The position numbers and the translations under genes are program-made. A stretch of DNA of 50,137 nucleotides, taken from assembly GCA_964609775.1 (NCBI GenBank), contig CAZSSJ010000005.1, positions 1 to 50,137 of the forward strand, given 5' to 3'. How positions within the stretch are numbered: the first letter of the stretch is position 1; each line of letters begins with the position of its first letter. Positions 1 through 9,191 of this stretch are shown one piece after another. Origin of the DNA: an uncultured Gammaproteobacteria bacterium (GTDB lineage: Bacteria; Patescibacteriota; Microgenomatia; JAMCZE01). The notes below the pieces were generated by a model, which worked only from the letters and a program-made list of their open reading frames with translations, ran no database searches and was not told where the DNA came from.

Positions 1-378
1 GACCCTAAAATAATCCCCTTTGAACAACTCCTCGATGTCTTTTTTCACCTCCTTGATCCGACGACTCTAAACCAACAAGGCCCTGACATAGGGACTCAAT
101 ACTGTTCGGTAATTTTCTACCATGACGACGGACAGAAACAAACTGCCCAGAAAGTAGTGGAAGAGATACAAAAATCAAAAATGTACCCTAACCCCGTGGT
201 GACCGAAATAGTCCCCTACACCAGCTTTTACGCTGCCGAGGATTATCATCAGAATTTCTATGACAATAATAGGAACTATGGCTATTGCCAAATCATCATT
301 GACCCTAAGATTCAGAAGTTGTCCAAAGATTTTAAAGAAATTACCAAGTCTTCCCCGACCAGCTTCTACGTTCACTAA
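1..378 (+). CDS. msrA: Peptide-methionine (S)-S-oxide reductase MsrA, C-terminal part (5' end outside window)
   Basis: Frame 1 is open from base 1 to TAA 376-378. Translation ...LLDPTTLNQQGPDIGTQYCSVIFYHD...YAAEDYHQNFY... carries the MsrA GxQY(R/C)S and DYHQxY blocks. Confidence 0.85.
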   Translation, partial: DPKIIPFEQLLDVFFHLLDPTTLNQQGPDIGTQYCSVIFYHDDGQKQTAQKVVEEIQKSKMYPNPVVTEIVPYTSFYAAEDYHQNFYDNNRNYGYCQIIIDPKIQKLSKDFKEITKSSPTSFYVH

Positions 379-382
379 CCCT

Positions 383-1426
383 CTATTCCATCCCCAGTTC
401 CAACAGCCGATTATACTTGGCCACCCTTTCCCCGCGGTCCATCCCGCCAAACTTCACAAAATCCGCATCGACCTCCAGGGCAAAATCCACAATCCAGTCA
501 TCTTCCGTTTCTTCACCGCGGTGCGACACAATCACCTTGAGTCCTCCTTCGCGGGCCAGCCTCACTGCCGCCAATGTGCCAGTAATTGTCCCGTTCTGGT
601 TCGGTTTAATAATCACCACATTGATCGCTTTCTCCCGAATCGCCCGCTCAATCCTTTCCGGGTTTGTCGTCGTCAAATCATCACCGACGATCAGCACTTT
701 GTCGCCCACTTTCCGGTACAATTCTTTCCATTTCTCCCAGTCCTCGTCCCCATAAGGATCCTCTAAAGAGATAATTTGGTAGTCTCGCAGAATTTTTTCG
801 TAATCCACTTCGCCTGCCTTAAAACTGCCCGCCGCATCCAGAGCCAAATCACGCTTGGGAAAGACGGCCGTGATTGTTTCCAGAACGAGTAAATTAGTAA
901 AATTAATTGGCGAAAATCCTCCTTCGGCCCCAACCGTACTTTCAATACCCTGCGAGTTTAAAAACTCGCGAATTTTTTTAAAGTCGGCAACAGCCGTTTG
1001 CAGACTATTTTCCACGAGCATGAATTCCTGCATCGTAATCCTCTCATTGCCGTGTTTTCCGCCTTCAAAAAGCAGCAGAAGCAGCTTAGGAAATTTTTTT
1101 GTCTGCCCCACCACCTGCCTGTTTTGCGCTTTCCAGAACGCCGCCGAAATTCCCAACGTCGTGTTCCCGGCCAAGTGCCCGCTGACCAGTTTTTCATCGA
1201 GACTTTCCTGACTCCAGTCTGCCCCGACAATTTCTCGCTGGACGCGCTGTATTTCCCCTAACGCTTCATCGGCGGGAACACTCCTCACTTCATATTTCCC
1301 CGCCGAAATGCCCGCCGGAAGCGATACTGTCGCTGTCTGCCCGGTTTCCAAAGTCACTCCCACTTTGATTGTCTCGTTCCCCAGTGAAGCTAAACTTTTT
1401 GCCGCCTCAATACTTCCGATCTTCAT
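383..1426 (-). CDS. eno: Enolase (phosphopyruvate hydratase), short divergent form (about 347 aa)
   Basis: Enolase blocks QEFM, VGAEGGF, LDAA, SLEDP, VGDDL, IKPNQNGT, SHRGEETED, RGERVAKYNRLLE. The ORF track starts at TTG 1429; the ATG at 1426 overlaps the ppsA stop (TGATG). Confidence 0.85.
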   Translation of the reverse strand: MKIGSIEAAKSLASLGNETIKVGVTLETGQTATVSLPAGISAGKYEVRSVPADEALGEIQRVQREIVGADWSQESLDEKLVSGHLAGNTTLGISAAFWKAQNRQVVGQTKKFPKLLLLLFEGGKHGNERITMQEFMLVENSLQTAVADFKKIREFLNSQGIESTVGAEGGFSPINFTNLLVLETITAVFPKRDLALDAAGSFKAGEVDYEKILRDYQIISLEDPYGDEDWEKWKELYRKVGDKVLIVGDDLTTTNPERIERAIREKAINVVIIKPNQNGTITGTLAAVRLAREGGLKVIVSHRGEETEDDWIVDFALEVDADFVKFGGMDRGERVAKYNRLLELGME

Positions 1427-3738
1427 CAAAGCTTCCTTTCTGCCTCCGCTACAATCTCTCTTGTCTTAAAAACCACATCGGGATTGACCGACACCGAGGT
1501 AATGCCCCATTCGACAAGCTTTTCTGTGAGTTGCGGATAGTCTGAAGGCGCCTGGCCGCACATCGAGCAAGTCACTCCCATTTTTTTGCAACTTTTGACG
1601 ATCTTTTCAAAAGAAATGAGCATTGATTTGTCAAGCTCACTATATTCCGAGGCGACGGTCTCATTATCTCGATCCACTCCCAAAGTGAGCATCGTCAAAT
1701 CGTTCGACCCGACCGAAATGCCGTCGATCCCGACCTTAATAAATTCCTCTAGCAGAATGACATTCGACGGAATCTCGCACATCATCCACAACTTAAACCC
1801 TTCGCTCCGTGTCAGTCCAAATTTATTGATAAGCGCCTTTGTTTCTTCCAGTTCCTTTATCGTCCGGCAGAAGGGGATCATGAGCCACAAATTCTTGAAA
1901 CCTTCTTTTTCCCGGATTATTCTAATCGCGTCAATTTCCATCTTAAAAACCTCCGGCTGCTGCATATAGCGGAAAGCTCCCCGAAAGCCAATCATCGGGT
2001 TCTCCTCGTGCGGTTCAAATTTGTCCCCGCCCCGCAGCGACCGGTATTCATTTGTCTTAAAGTCTGTGGCTCGGTAGACAACCGGTCGGGGATAGAAAGC
2101 TTCCGCAAAAGTCCGCAACCCCGCCGCCAGCTTTTCCGTAAATTCCTTTTCTTTGTGCTCAGCTATGGCCTGTTTCGGGTGCACTCCCATCCCCGCCAGA
2201 ACAAACTCCGCCCGAAGGAGCCCGACCCCGTCGCACGGCAGAGCGGCAATCTCTTTGGCTTTTTCCGGTTCTGCCAGGTTTACATAAACTTTGGTCTTTG
2301 TCGCCACTTTCTCCCCAGCCGGCTTTTCTCTCGCTGTGGACCGTGAACTGTGAACCGTTATTTCCCCGGCGTACACTCTTCCTTCCGACCCCTGGACCGT
2401 CACCATCGTCCCACTCCGCAGTGTCTTTGTCGCTTTTTCCGTTCCCACCACGCAGGGAATTCCCAGTTCCCGGGAAACAATCGCCGCATGTGACGTCCGC
2501 CCGCCCGAGTCGGTCACAATTGCCGCTGCTTTCTTCATTGCCGGCACAAAATCCGGGTTGGTCTGCGGCGCAACTAAAATATCGCCCGCTTTAATCTTGC
2601 CAATTTCCTTCGCACTGTGAAGAACCTTCACCCTTCCGCTCACAATTCCCGGTGAGGCTGGGGCGCCGGAAAGAAGCACTTTTTTCCCCGCCAGTTGTTT
2701 TTGCAGGTCTTCCGTGTTCACGACCCCTTTTTCTGTTGTGGTGATCGGTCTCGTCTGGACCAGATATAGTTCTCCGGCGGACACCGCAAATTCCGAATCC
2801 TGGGGAAAATGATAATGTTCCTCTAGTTTTTTCGACAATTCTGCAATTTTTCGGATTTGCTCGTCCGTCAGCTTAATCTTTCTCTGTTTGTCTGCTGGCA
2901 CTTTGGCTTCCTTGACCGTTCCCGTCAGGCTTCGGGTCAGCATTATCTTTTGTTCCGCCACTTTCTTCTCCACAATCAGCAAATCGCCCTTGTTCACCTC
3001 GTAATGATCCGGCGTCACTTTGCCTTGGACAATGAATTCTCCCAAACCCCAAACCGTCTCCACCACGATCCTTTCGTGATTGTTCGTCACCGGGTCAATG
3101 GAAAACAAAATTCCTGAAACTTCCGACTGCACCATTGTCTGCACCACAACCGCAATCGCCGATTCAAAGTGATCAAAGTGGTTTTGCACCCGGTAGAAAA
3201 TTGATCGCCCTTCAAAAAGCGACGCCCAGCACCGTCTGACTGCCGTCACCACCTCATTTTCGCCGGCGATGTTCAGGAAAGTTTCGTTTTGCCCGGCAAA
3301 CGACGCCTCTTTTGAATCCTCGCTTGTGGCCGAACTCCGGACCGCCACCCGCACTCTGCTCATCCCCAGACTTTGGAGAAGACTGTGAAACCTTGATTGT
3401 TTAGAGCTCAATTTTCTCCACAGTTCCTGGTAACTTTCGACGATTTCCCTACTTATCTCTTCGGGAATTGGTGCCGTGATCAGAAGTTCTTTGACCCTTT
3501 TTGATGCCTGCTGTAATTTCTCCGAATCTTCTACATCCAGCCCCTTTAGAATTTCCTCCATCTTTGGCTTGAGCTGGCCCTTTTCCAAAAAATCTCGGTA
3601 GGCTTTGGCCGTCACCACAAACCCCGGCGGCACCGGCATGCCGAACGACGCCATTTCTCCGAGGTTTGCCCCCTTTCCCCCAACCACCGGCGTGTCTTCT
3701 TTTCCAACATTCTCAAACGGCAGACAATAAGAACTCAC
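1426..3738 (-). CDS. ppsA: Phosphoenolpyruvate synthase (pyruvate, water dikinase)
   Basis: 770 aa. N-terminal ATP-grasp part (VGGKGANLGEM), swivel phosphohistidine motif TDSGGRTSHAAIVSRELGIPCVVG, C-terminal PEP-utilising barrel (VGSNDLTM). Confidence 0.85.
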   Translation of the reverse strand: MSSYCLPFENVGKEDTPVVGGKGANLGEMASFGMPVPPGFVVTAKAYRDFLEKGQLKPKMEEILKGLDVEDSEKLQQASKRVKELLITAPIPEEISREIVESYQELWRKLSSKQSRFHSLLQSLGMSRVRVAVRSSATSEDSKEASFAGQNETFLNIAGENEVVTAVRRCWASLFEGRSIFYRVQNHFDHFESAIAVVVQTMVQSEVSGILFSIDPVTNNHERIVVETVWGLGEFIVQGKVTPDHYEVNKGDLLIVEKKVAEQKIMLTRSLTGTVKEAKVPADKQRKIKLTDEQIRKIAELSKKLEEHYHFPQDSEFAVSAGELYLVQTRPITTTEKGVVNTEDLQKQLAGKKVLLSGAPASPGIVSGRVKVLHSAKEIGKIKAGDILVAPQTNPDFVPAMKKAAAIVTDSGGRTSHAAIVSRELGIPCVVGTEKATKTLRSGTMVTVQGSEGRVYAGEITVHSSRSTAREKPAGEKVATKTKVYVNLAEPEKAKEIAALPCDGVGLLRAEFVLAGMGVHPKQAIAEHKEKEFTEKLAAGLRTFAEAFYPRPVVYRATDFKTNEYRSLRGGDKFEPHEENPMIGFRGAFRYMQQPEVFKMEIDAIRIIREKEGFKNLWLMIPFCRTIKELEETKALINKFGLTRSEGFKLWMMCEIPSNVILLEEFIKVGIDGISVGSNDLTMLTLGVDRDNETVASEYSELDKSMLISFEKIVKSCKKMGVTCSMCGQAPSDYPQLTEKLVEWGITSVSVNPDVVFKTREIVAEAERKL

Positions 3739-3840
3739 AATCTCACTATAGTTGTCTTTCTAACCTTTGTAAAGAATTGGCCGACTAATTTTCCCCCAAA
3801 AAACCAACACTAACCCGTAACTATCATATATACCGATTTT

Positions 3841-3866
3841 GCCTCACAAGAGGACCTCTTGTGGGC
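3841..3866. repeat. 26-nt imperfect palindrome, copy A (upstream of the HD gene)
   Basis: gcctcacaagaggacctcttgtgggc. Stem CACAAGAG/CTCTTGTG with a 3-nt loop, extendable by GCCT/GGGC. Confidence 0.8.
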
Positions 3867-3903
3867 CTTTCAAACCTCCGTGCACCTTGCTATCATCTCC
3901 TAA

Positions 3904-4878
3904 ATGATTCTAGACGACAGGACTTACGGCAAAATTCGCATAGCAGACCCGCTAGTTAATGAGCTGATAAACAGTTCGCCCGTGCAAAGGTTAAAAAAAA
4001 TAAATCAATCTGGCGGGCCGGTTTTTCTGGAGCCATCACGAGACATAACCCGTTATGAGCACAGCATTGGTGTTTGGCATTTGCTCAGGCATTTTAAAGC
4101 CAGTCCAAAGGAACAGATTGCCGGCTTGCTTCATGACACGCCACATACCGCCTTTTCTCACGTGATTGACATTGTGTTTCCCACCCAAAACCATACTTTC
4201 CACGAGCAATTCACCGAGAGAATCATTTTAAATTCGGAAATTCCTGATATTTTAACAAGACACAAAATAAATGTTGAAGAAATCTTAAACAAGGAAAAAT
4301 TTCATCTTTTAGAAGCTGACCTCCCCGATCTCTCCGCTGACAGAATAGACTATTTTCTCAGGGACACTCGACCCGATCAAATTTTCCCAGATCGACTAGT
4401 TAAAGAGTTTCTTAACGGACTTTTTATCAAAGACTCAGTGTTTTATTTCAAAGACAGATCACTTGCTTCGCTTTACGCAATTTTATTTCTTAACGCCGGA
4501 AGGCTTTTATGGCTTGACCCCAATTCTCATGGCAGTTTTTACCTTTTAGCAGCAGCTCTTAAAAAAGCCATCGAATTGAAAAGGATTACCATTGACGATT
4601 TTTTCAAAACCGATTCAGAAGTTTTCGCTAAGCTCAAAGGGGTTGATGATAATGATGTCCAAAATTACGTAAAAAGACTAAATCCTTCAACGAGATTTGT
4701 TTACGTTGAGAAAGATTTGGCTGAATTTTCCGGACCGAACAAACCAAGAGTCGTTGACCCATTAGTCATGACTAAGGGAAGGTTGGTAAGAGTTTCTGAG
4801 ATTACTCCACGATTAAAAGAGCTGTTCGACCACTATAAGAAGACCTACGGAATTTTATCTGTTTCAGAATGCAAATGA
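3904..4878 (+). CDS. HD-domain metal-dependent phosphohydrolase
   Basis: 324 aa. YEHSIGVWHLL, GLLHDTPHTAFSH and LSADRIDYFLRD are typical HD-superfamily motifs. Confidence 0.7.
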   Translation: MILDDRTYGKIRIADPLVNELINSSPVQRLKKINQSGGPVFLEPSRDITRYEHSIGVWHLLRHFKASPKEQIAGLLHDTPHTAFSHVIDIVFPTQNHTFHEQFTERIILNSEIPDILTRHKINVEEILNKEKFHLLEADLPDLSADRIDYFLRDTRPDQIFPDRLVKEFLNGLFIKDSVFYFKDRSLASLYAILFLNAGRLLWLDPNSHGSFYLLAAALKKAIELKRITIDDFFKTDSEVFAKLKGVDDNDVQNYVKRLNPSTRFVYVEKDLAEFSGPNKPRVVDPLVMTKGRLVRVSEITPRLKELFDHYKKTYGILSVSECK

Positions 4879-4892
4879 AAAAGCCAACAATA

Positions 4893-4918
4893 GCCTCGCA
4901 AAAGGACCTCTTGTGAGC
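4893..4918. repeat. 26-nt imperfect palindrome, copy B (between the convergent HD and SET genes; possible bidirectional terminator)
   Basis: gcctcgcaaaaggacctcttgtgagc, 23/26 identical to copy A in the same orientation. Confidence 0.8.
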
Positions 4919-4934
4919 ATCTGTGAGGAAACTT

Positions 4935-5450
4935 TTAAACTCTGGAGTCTTTAATTCTTTGTTCAAGAAACCACGAGAAATATCCTTTATATTTTTCCTG
5001 CAAGTCTTTTCTTTTCCAATCCGTCCCCCTGATTGTTTTCCGACAATTTCTGCTTCCGCAACGACATTCCATAGCATCGTCTTCATCGCCGTCAATCATG
5101 GCATAGTCAATTGTCAGCTCTTCACCAGAGTCAATATCCCGCATCGCGACAAAAATAATGTTGCCGGCGAGGCCAACATTTGGTTCACAGGAATGATTCA
5201 AGTACATCATTGAACCTCCGATTTCCGATTTTTCCAGAGGTGTAATGTAAAGATCATCTGCAATTTGAAGTTCGGAATCTTCATTCCATTTCCAAATTTC
5301 ATCCATTGCTCTCCGGTCGACGATATGCCCGCCTTTGACCGCCACGATCTCATCTTTAGAGATTTTCTGAAGCGCAAATAGTCCTTTTCCTTCAATCTTG
5401 CTAGTTTTTCCTTTAACGGCTTTTGGAGAGACCCATGTTAGAAGAGACAT
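4935..5450 (-). CDS. SET-domain protein (putative protein-lysine methyltransferase)
   Basis: 171 aa. GKGLFA, MYLNHSCEPNV, GEELTIDY and a post-SET Cys cluster CRCGSRNC. Confidence 0.75.
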   Translation of the reverse strand: MSLLTWVSPKAVKGKTSKIEGKGLFALQKISKDEIVAVKGGHIVDRRAMDEIWKWNEDSELQIADDLYITPLEKSEIGGSMMYLNHSCEPNVGLAGNIIFVAMRDIDSGEELTIDYAMIDGDEDDAMECRCGSRNCRKTIRGTDWKRKDLQEKYKGYFSWFLEQRIKDSRV

Positions 5451-5480
5451 AAAGCGAATTATATATGTTTCTGAAGGAGA

Positions 5481-6722
5481 TTAAACGAAGGTCAAAGCCG
5501 TCCCGCCCTTGTTTGCTCTTCCGGTCCGGCCGATGCGGTGGACATAGTCTTCCTGCGATTCCGGCAGGTCATAGTTAATCACATGAGTGACGTCCTCAAT
5601 GTCCAATCCTCTTGAGGCAATGTCTGTCGCCAAAAGAACCTGAACCAGACTATTTTTAAAGTCATTCAAGGCTCGTTGCCTTTGGCTCTGGTTTTTGTTG
5701 CCGTGAATGGCGGCCACTCTGAATCCTCGCTGTTCCAGATCCCGAGCCAATTTTTCCATGCCAAATTTTGTCCGGCCAAAAACCAGCACCTTGGAAAACT
5801 CTTCTTTAATCAGGAGATCGTGAAGAACTTCAATTTTTGACTTGCCATTGATCCGGATAACTTCTTGCCGCACATTTTTGACGGTTTCCGTGGACTTGAC
5901 GGAAATCATCACCGGGTTGGTCAGAAAACTTTGCATCACTTCAGTGACATCTGGTGTCAAGGTTGCCGAAAAGAATAGCGATTGCCGGGGGCGGGGGAGA
6001 TTATAAACGATATACTTGATTTCCCGAACAAACCCAATGTCCAGCATCCGGTCAACTTCATCCAGAACGATGTTATTAAATCTTGAAAAGTTAAGAGCCC
6101 GGTTTTCTTCCAGGTCCCGCAGTCGCCCGGGCGTGCCGATGACAAACTGAGGATCCCGTCGCAGCCTCATGGCTTGGGGTCCCATGCTCACTCCGCCAAT
6201 GGCCAGAACCGAATCAATATTCATGCCCGAAGAAAATTCCGTCAGTTCATCTCTGATCTGCACTGCTAGCTCCCGGGTTGGAGTGATAATCAACACTCGC
6301 TGAGTTCGGTCTAAAGAAGCTTTATTGATAAGCGGAATCAAAAAAGCCGCCGTCTTCCCGGTTCCGGTGTTAGCAATGCCCACCACATCCCGGCCGGCCA
6401 GAATTTGCGGGATAGCCTGGTCCTGAATTGGGGTCGGGGAGACATAGCCCCTTCGGGTGATATTAACTTTAAGCTGCGAAACGACCGGAAAATCGGAAAA
6501 GGCGTGTTTAGGAGCATATTTCTCTTCCGAAAGATCTTCACTAGTGATAGCCTGTTGGGAAGCAATTTTGCCAATGAAAACACTCGGGTCAAAAGTTTTT
6601 TGTTGGTGTCGTCCGGCGCCGCGAAACCCCACAAAAGAGTTGCGCCGGCCGCTGTATTTGTTCGATGAAAAATGCATAAGACTGCCTTGGGTATGTAATG
6701 TTTTTTGCGATTTACTGCTCAA
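5481..6722 (-). CDS. DEAD-box ATP-dependent RNA helicase
   Basis: Q motif (FSDF..PTPIQ), Walker A ANTGTGKTAAF, DEVD box, SAT, HRIGRTGR. The ORF-track start is TTG 6722; an ATG at 6677 is an alternative start. Confidence 0.9.
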   Translation of the reverse strand: MSSKSQKTLHTQGSLMHFSSNKYSGRRNSFVGFRGAGRHQQKTFDPSVFIGKIASQQAITSEDLSEEKYAPKHAFSDFPVVSQLKVNITRRGYVSPTPIQDQAIPQILAGRDVVGIANTGTGKTAAFLIPLINKASLDRTQRVLIITPTRELAVQIRDELTEFSSGMNIDSVLAIGGVSMGPQAMRLRRDPQFVIGTPGRLRDLEENRALNFSRFNNIVLDEVDRMLDIGFVREIKYIVYNLPRPRQSLFFSATLTPDVTEVMQSFLTNPVMISVKSTETVKNVRQEVIRINGKSKIEVLHDLLIKEEFSKVLVFGRTKFGMEKLARDLEQRGFRVAAIHGNKNQSQRQRALNDFKNSLVQVLLATDIASRGLDIEDVTHVINYDLPESQEDYVHRIGRTGRANKGGTALTFV

Positions 6723-6924
6723 AAAGAAGTCGTGTAGTGATTTGGAGAAAAGATACGAATTAAAAAAACAAAATGTTTGAGGTACCTTTATCTTGCCAAC
6801 TTAAAACCTGTTCGAAATTAAGCAGTGACAGCAATTGTAGCATGACCGGGGCGAAAAGTCAATGGCCCCACTGGACAGGCCAAGTCTATACCTTTAGCAA
6901 AATGGCGCCAAAAGGAGTATACTA

Positions 6925-7362
6925 GTGATGGTGACGAATTGTTACGCTAGCGGTTTTCTCTATCATCCGGATTCAAACCAGATTCTCCTTGAACAAAAAA
7001 ACGCCCCCGACGACAAAGCAAATTGGTCCCTGATCGGCTGTCTGGGAAATGGCAAAAATAGCCTCGAAAGCTTTAAAGACCTGGCCCGGAAATTGTTCAA
7101 TCTCCGCCTCCAGGTGAAGGACATTTTCCCTGTCTATGACTATTTTCATGCCGGCCTGAAGGCTAATCACTTCATCCTCTATGCCCAAGTGGCAAAGTTG
7201 GAGCATTTTTCTCCGTCAAACAAAAGCACCTTTGCCTGGTTTTCCCTTGATCACATTTCCAAGTTGTCTGCCTCTCCCCAAACCAAGCAGGATATAACCG
7301 TCGGTCAAAGAGTCATCGCTTCCGAAAAACGAAGGAAAACCGGCGAGCGTACTATCGGCTAA
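6925..7362 (+). CDS. Hypothetical protein, possibly a degenerate Nudix fold
   Basis: 145-aa ORF. The segment GNGKNSLESFKDLARKLFNL lies where a Nudix box would be but lacks the REUxEE glutamates. GTG 6925 / ATG 6928 preceded by AAAGGAG. Confidence 0.45.
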   Translation: MMVTNCYASGFLYHPDSNQILLEQKNAPDDKANWSLIGCLGNGKNSLESFKDLARKLFNLRLQVKDIFPVYDYFHAGLKANHFILYAQVAKLEHFSPSNKSTFAWFSLDHISKLSASPQTKQDITVGQRVIASEKRRKTGERTIG

Positions 7363-7366
7363 TTAC

Positions 7367-7700
7367 CTACTTTCCCTCCCACGGCGTTGTCAATTGAAAA
7401 TAGTTTCCGTCTGGGTCAGAAAGGGTCGCAATCCACATGCCCCTCTGTGGTTCCTTGGCATGGCCGTGAACTTCAGAATGGGCACCGATGGAGAAGAAAG
7501 AATTCCCCTCCATCCATAAACTTAGTCCACAATTACTTGCACGCCGGCGTGCGTCTTTACCCCTACTTCAAGAAAGCGGCCGCTTCATTTAGATTTTTCT
7601 GAAAGTCTGTCAGCTCATCCGGAAACAGGATGAACGAATTATAAATTCGGTCTTTGCCTTCCTCGACAAAGCCTCCCGGGCAATGGATCAAGTCCGGACT
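7367..7700 (-). pseudogene. Disrupted glyoxalase/VOC-family gene remnant
   Basis: Manual minus-strand translation gives three pieces in different frames: ..DELTDFQKNLNEAAAFLK*, GVKTHAGVQVIVD*, and LWMEGNSFFSIGAHSEVHGHAKEPQRGMWIATLSDPDGNYFQLTTPWEGK*. The last is a typical VOC C-terminus. No intact ORF of 60 aa or more. Confidence 0.4.
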
Positions 7701-7704
7701 TTCT

Positions 7705-8355
7705 TTACTGTAGGAGCTTAAAGGTGTCGAGGGAAGCAGTGAGGTGTCCTTCTAACTCAGCCCAATTCTTCACCGTGGTTGTTCCCATGAGAATATACAT
7801 ATTCTTAGAATCCGCTAGGACGTAGTAAATCACCTTGATGTCCGTCCCATCGTTATTGGCCGTTAACTCATATCTCCAAGCACTTTGGCCGTTAAGCTCC
7901 ATCTCTTCTTCCGTCAAAAAATTCGCATTCTTAAACTGTTCTTTTGCCACCAACTTATTGGCATCAGCAATTGTGGCCAACTTTGCCCCCGCCAGTGATC
8001 CAATCGGATTGGTGATAATCAATATCCCCGCACTTGGTTCCTTTTGGGTAATAGACACCATGCTATTTGCCGACTGGACCGTCCACCCTTCCGGATAGGA
8101 AATAGTGTAGTCTGTTCCTTGATAGGCCGTCAACTTAATGCCACTTTCTGGCGCCGTCATCTCTTGTGTGGGCTGCTCGGCTGCGGGTAGGGGGGCCTCC
8201 GGAGACGTCTGATTTGTTGGTTGGTCAACCTTGACGTAACCTGAGAACTTTAAAGCGCCGCTAGCAGTCAGAAGAACAATCAGGCCCACAATGACGCCTC
8301 CAGCAATCAAAAGTGGCGGGGCCGCGATTCCCCTCTGGGCAGATTTTTTAGTCAC
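7705..8355 (-). CDS. Membrane-anchored exported protein, PsbP/DcrB-like (paralog 1)
   Basis: 216 aa. N-terminal TM helix, Pro/Thr-rich linker, YPEGW..., C-terminus ...SLDTFKLLQ shared with the neighbouring gene. Confidence 0.6.
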   Translation of the reverse strand: MTKKSAQRGIAAPPLLIAGGVIVGLIVLLTASGALKFSGYVKVDQPTNQTSPEAPLPAAEQPTQEMTAPESGIKLTAYQGTDYTISYPEGWTVQSANSMVSITQKEPSAGILIITNPIGSLAGAKLATIADANKLVAKEQFKNANFLTEEEMELNGQSAWRYELTANNDGTDIKVIYYVLADSKNMYILMGTTTVKNWAELEGHLTASLDTFKLLQ

Positions 8356-8402
8356 TACTTCAGTAGAACATTAAATAAAGCCGCCTGTCAATACCCCAAA
8401 AC

Positions 8403-9155
8403 TTAGAGCAGCTTGAAAGTTGATAGAGAGCTGTTTATTACCGGTCCGCGCCGTGTCCAGAAATCATTAAGAGCAGTGCCGGTTGTGTGGACAAGAAACC
8501 CATCAACAATGAAATAATAGTCAACCGTACGCATAATGACGCCCTTGCCTTCTAATTCCACGTCAAGACGCGTGGCAGGATGATCAGCATAAGTGACCTC
8601 ACTTTCACCAACAACTCTCATCTTTTCAAAAGGTGCCGTGACTGTCTTTTTGGTCCGGGCAAGAATCTCTTCCAAAGTCTCGTTCCCGGCATTTTGGATG
8701 CTGACAGAGACTTGCGCTTTTGCCTGGGCATAGAGGCCGTCTTCTTGATCGACGCGGTCAGTTTCGGGAGACTTGAATTGGACTTGGGTTATCCCTCCGG
8801 GACTAAACTTTTCCCAACCGGATGGAGCTCTGATTGAAAATGAAGGCATGGTGGGAACGCTTCCTTGCCCGGGCACCGGTTTGTATGTATACGGACCGGA
8901 GACTAACTCTCCTTCCGGTTCTGGTTTTATTTCCGGTAGCTTTTTGGGGTTTTCCGCCTGTTGCCAAATTTTCTCTCTGTTATAGGTGGCCTTGCCGCTT
9001 TCCCCTTTCTTTACGAACTGTTCTCTAACGACGAACACGCCCCCAACAGCCACTGCGACACCGATGGCCAAAAGAAAAAATAAAGGAAACGCTCCCCGAC
9101 GAGAAAAGTTTCGGTCGGTTGTTTGGATCATGTTGATTCTAATATCAGTATTCAC
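8403..9155 (-). CDS. Membrane-anchored exported protein, PsbP/DcrB-like (paralog 2)
   Basis: 250-aa ORF from GTG 9155. ATG 9131 is more likely because a TTGACA-17-AATACT promoter covers 9175-9147. TM helix, APSGWEKF, C-terminus ...SLSTFKLL. Confidence 0.6.
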   Translation of the reverse strand: MNTDIRINMIQTTDRNFSRRGAFPLFFLLAIGVAVAVGGVFVVREQFVKKGESGKATYNREKIWQQAENPKKLPEIKPEPEGELVSGPYTYKPVPGQGSVPTMPSFSIRAPSGWEKFSPGGITQVQFKSPETDRVDQEDGLYAQAKAQVSVSIQNAGNETLEEILARTKKTVTAPFEKMRVVGESEVTYADHPATRLDVELEGKGVIMRTVDYYFIVDGFLVHTTGTALNDFWTRRGPVINSSLSTFKLL

Positions 9156-9156
9156 C

Positions 9157-9185
9157 TTGCCAAAAAATCTGTCAACTGCTAACTT
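9157..9185 (+). promoter_or_regulatory. Sigma-70-type promoter giving a leaderless mRNA for the 9192 gene
   Basis: TTGCCA (9157-9162), 17 nt, TAACTT (9180-9185), 6 nt, ATG 9192. Confidence 0.45.
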
Positions 9186-9191
9186 AAATCC

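Noticed and set aside
1586-3117. Several plus-strand ORFs of 86-127 aa (1586-1969, 2008-2346, 2298-2594, 2857-3117) inside ppsA
   Set aside because: They lie antisense to a strongly supported 770-aa gene and have low-complexity, Ser/Pro/Arg-rich translations. The same logic applies to internal ORFs in eno, copA, both ATPases, dnaG, the kinases and the giant pseudopilin.
7387-7602. 71-aa plus-strand ORF
   Set aside because: It is antisense to the VOC-family remnant and has an Arg/Trp/His-rich composition.
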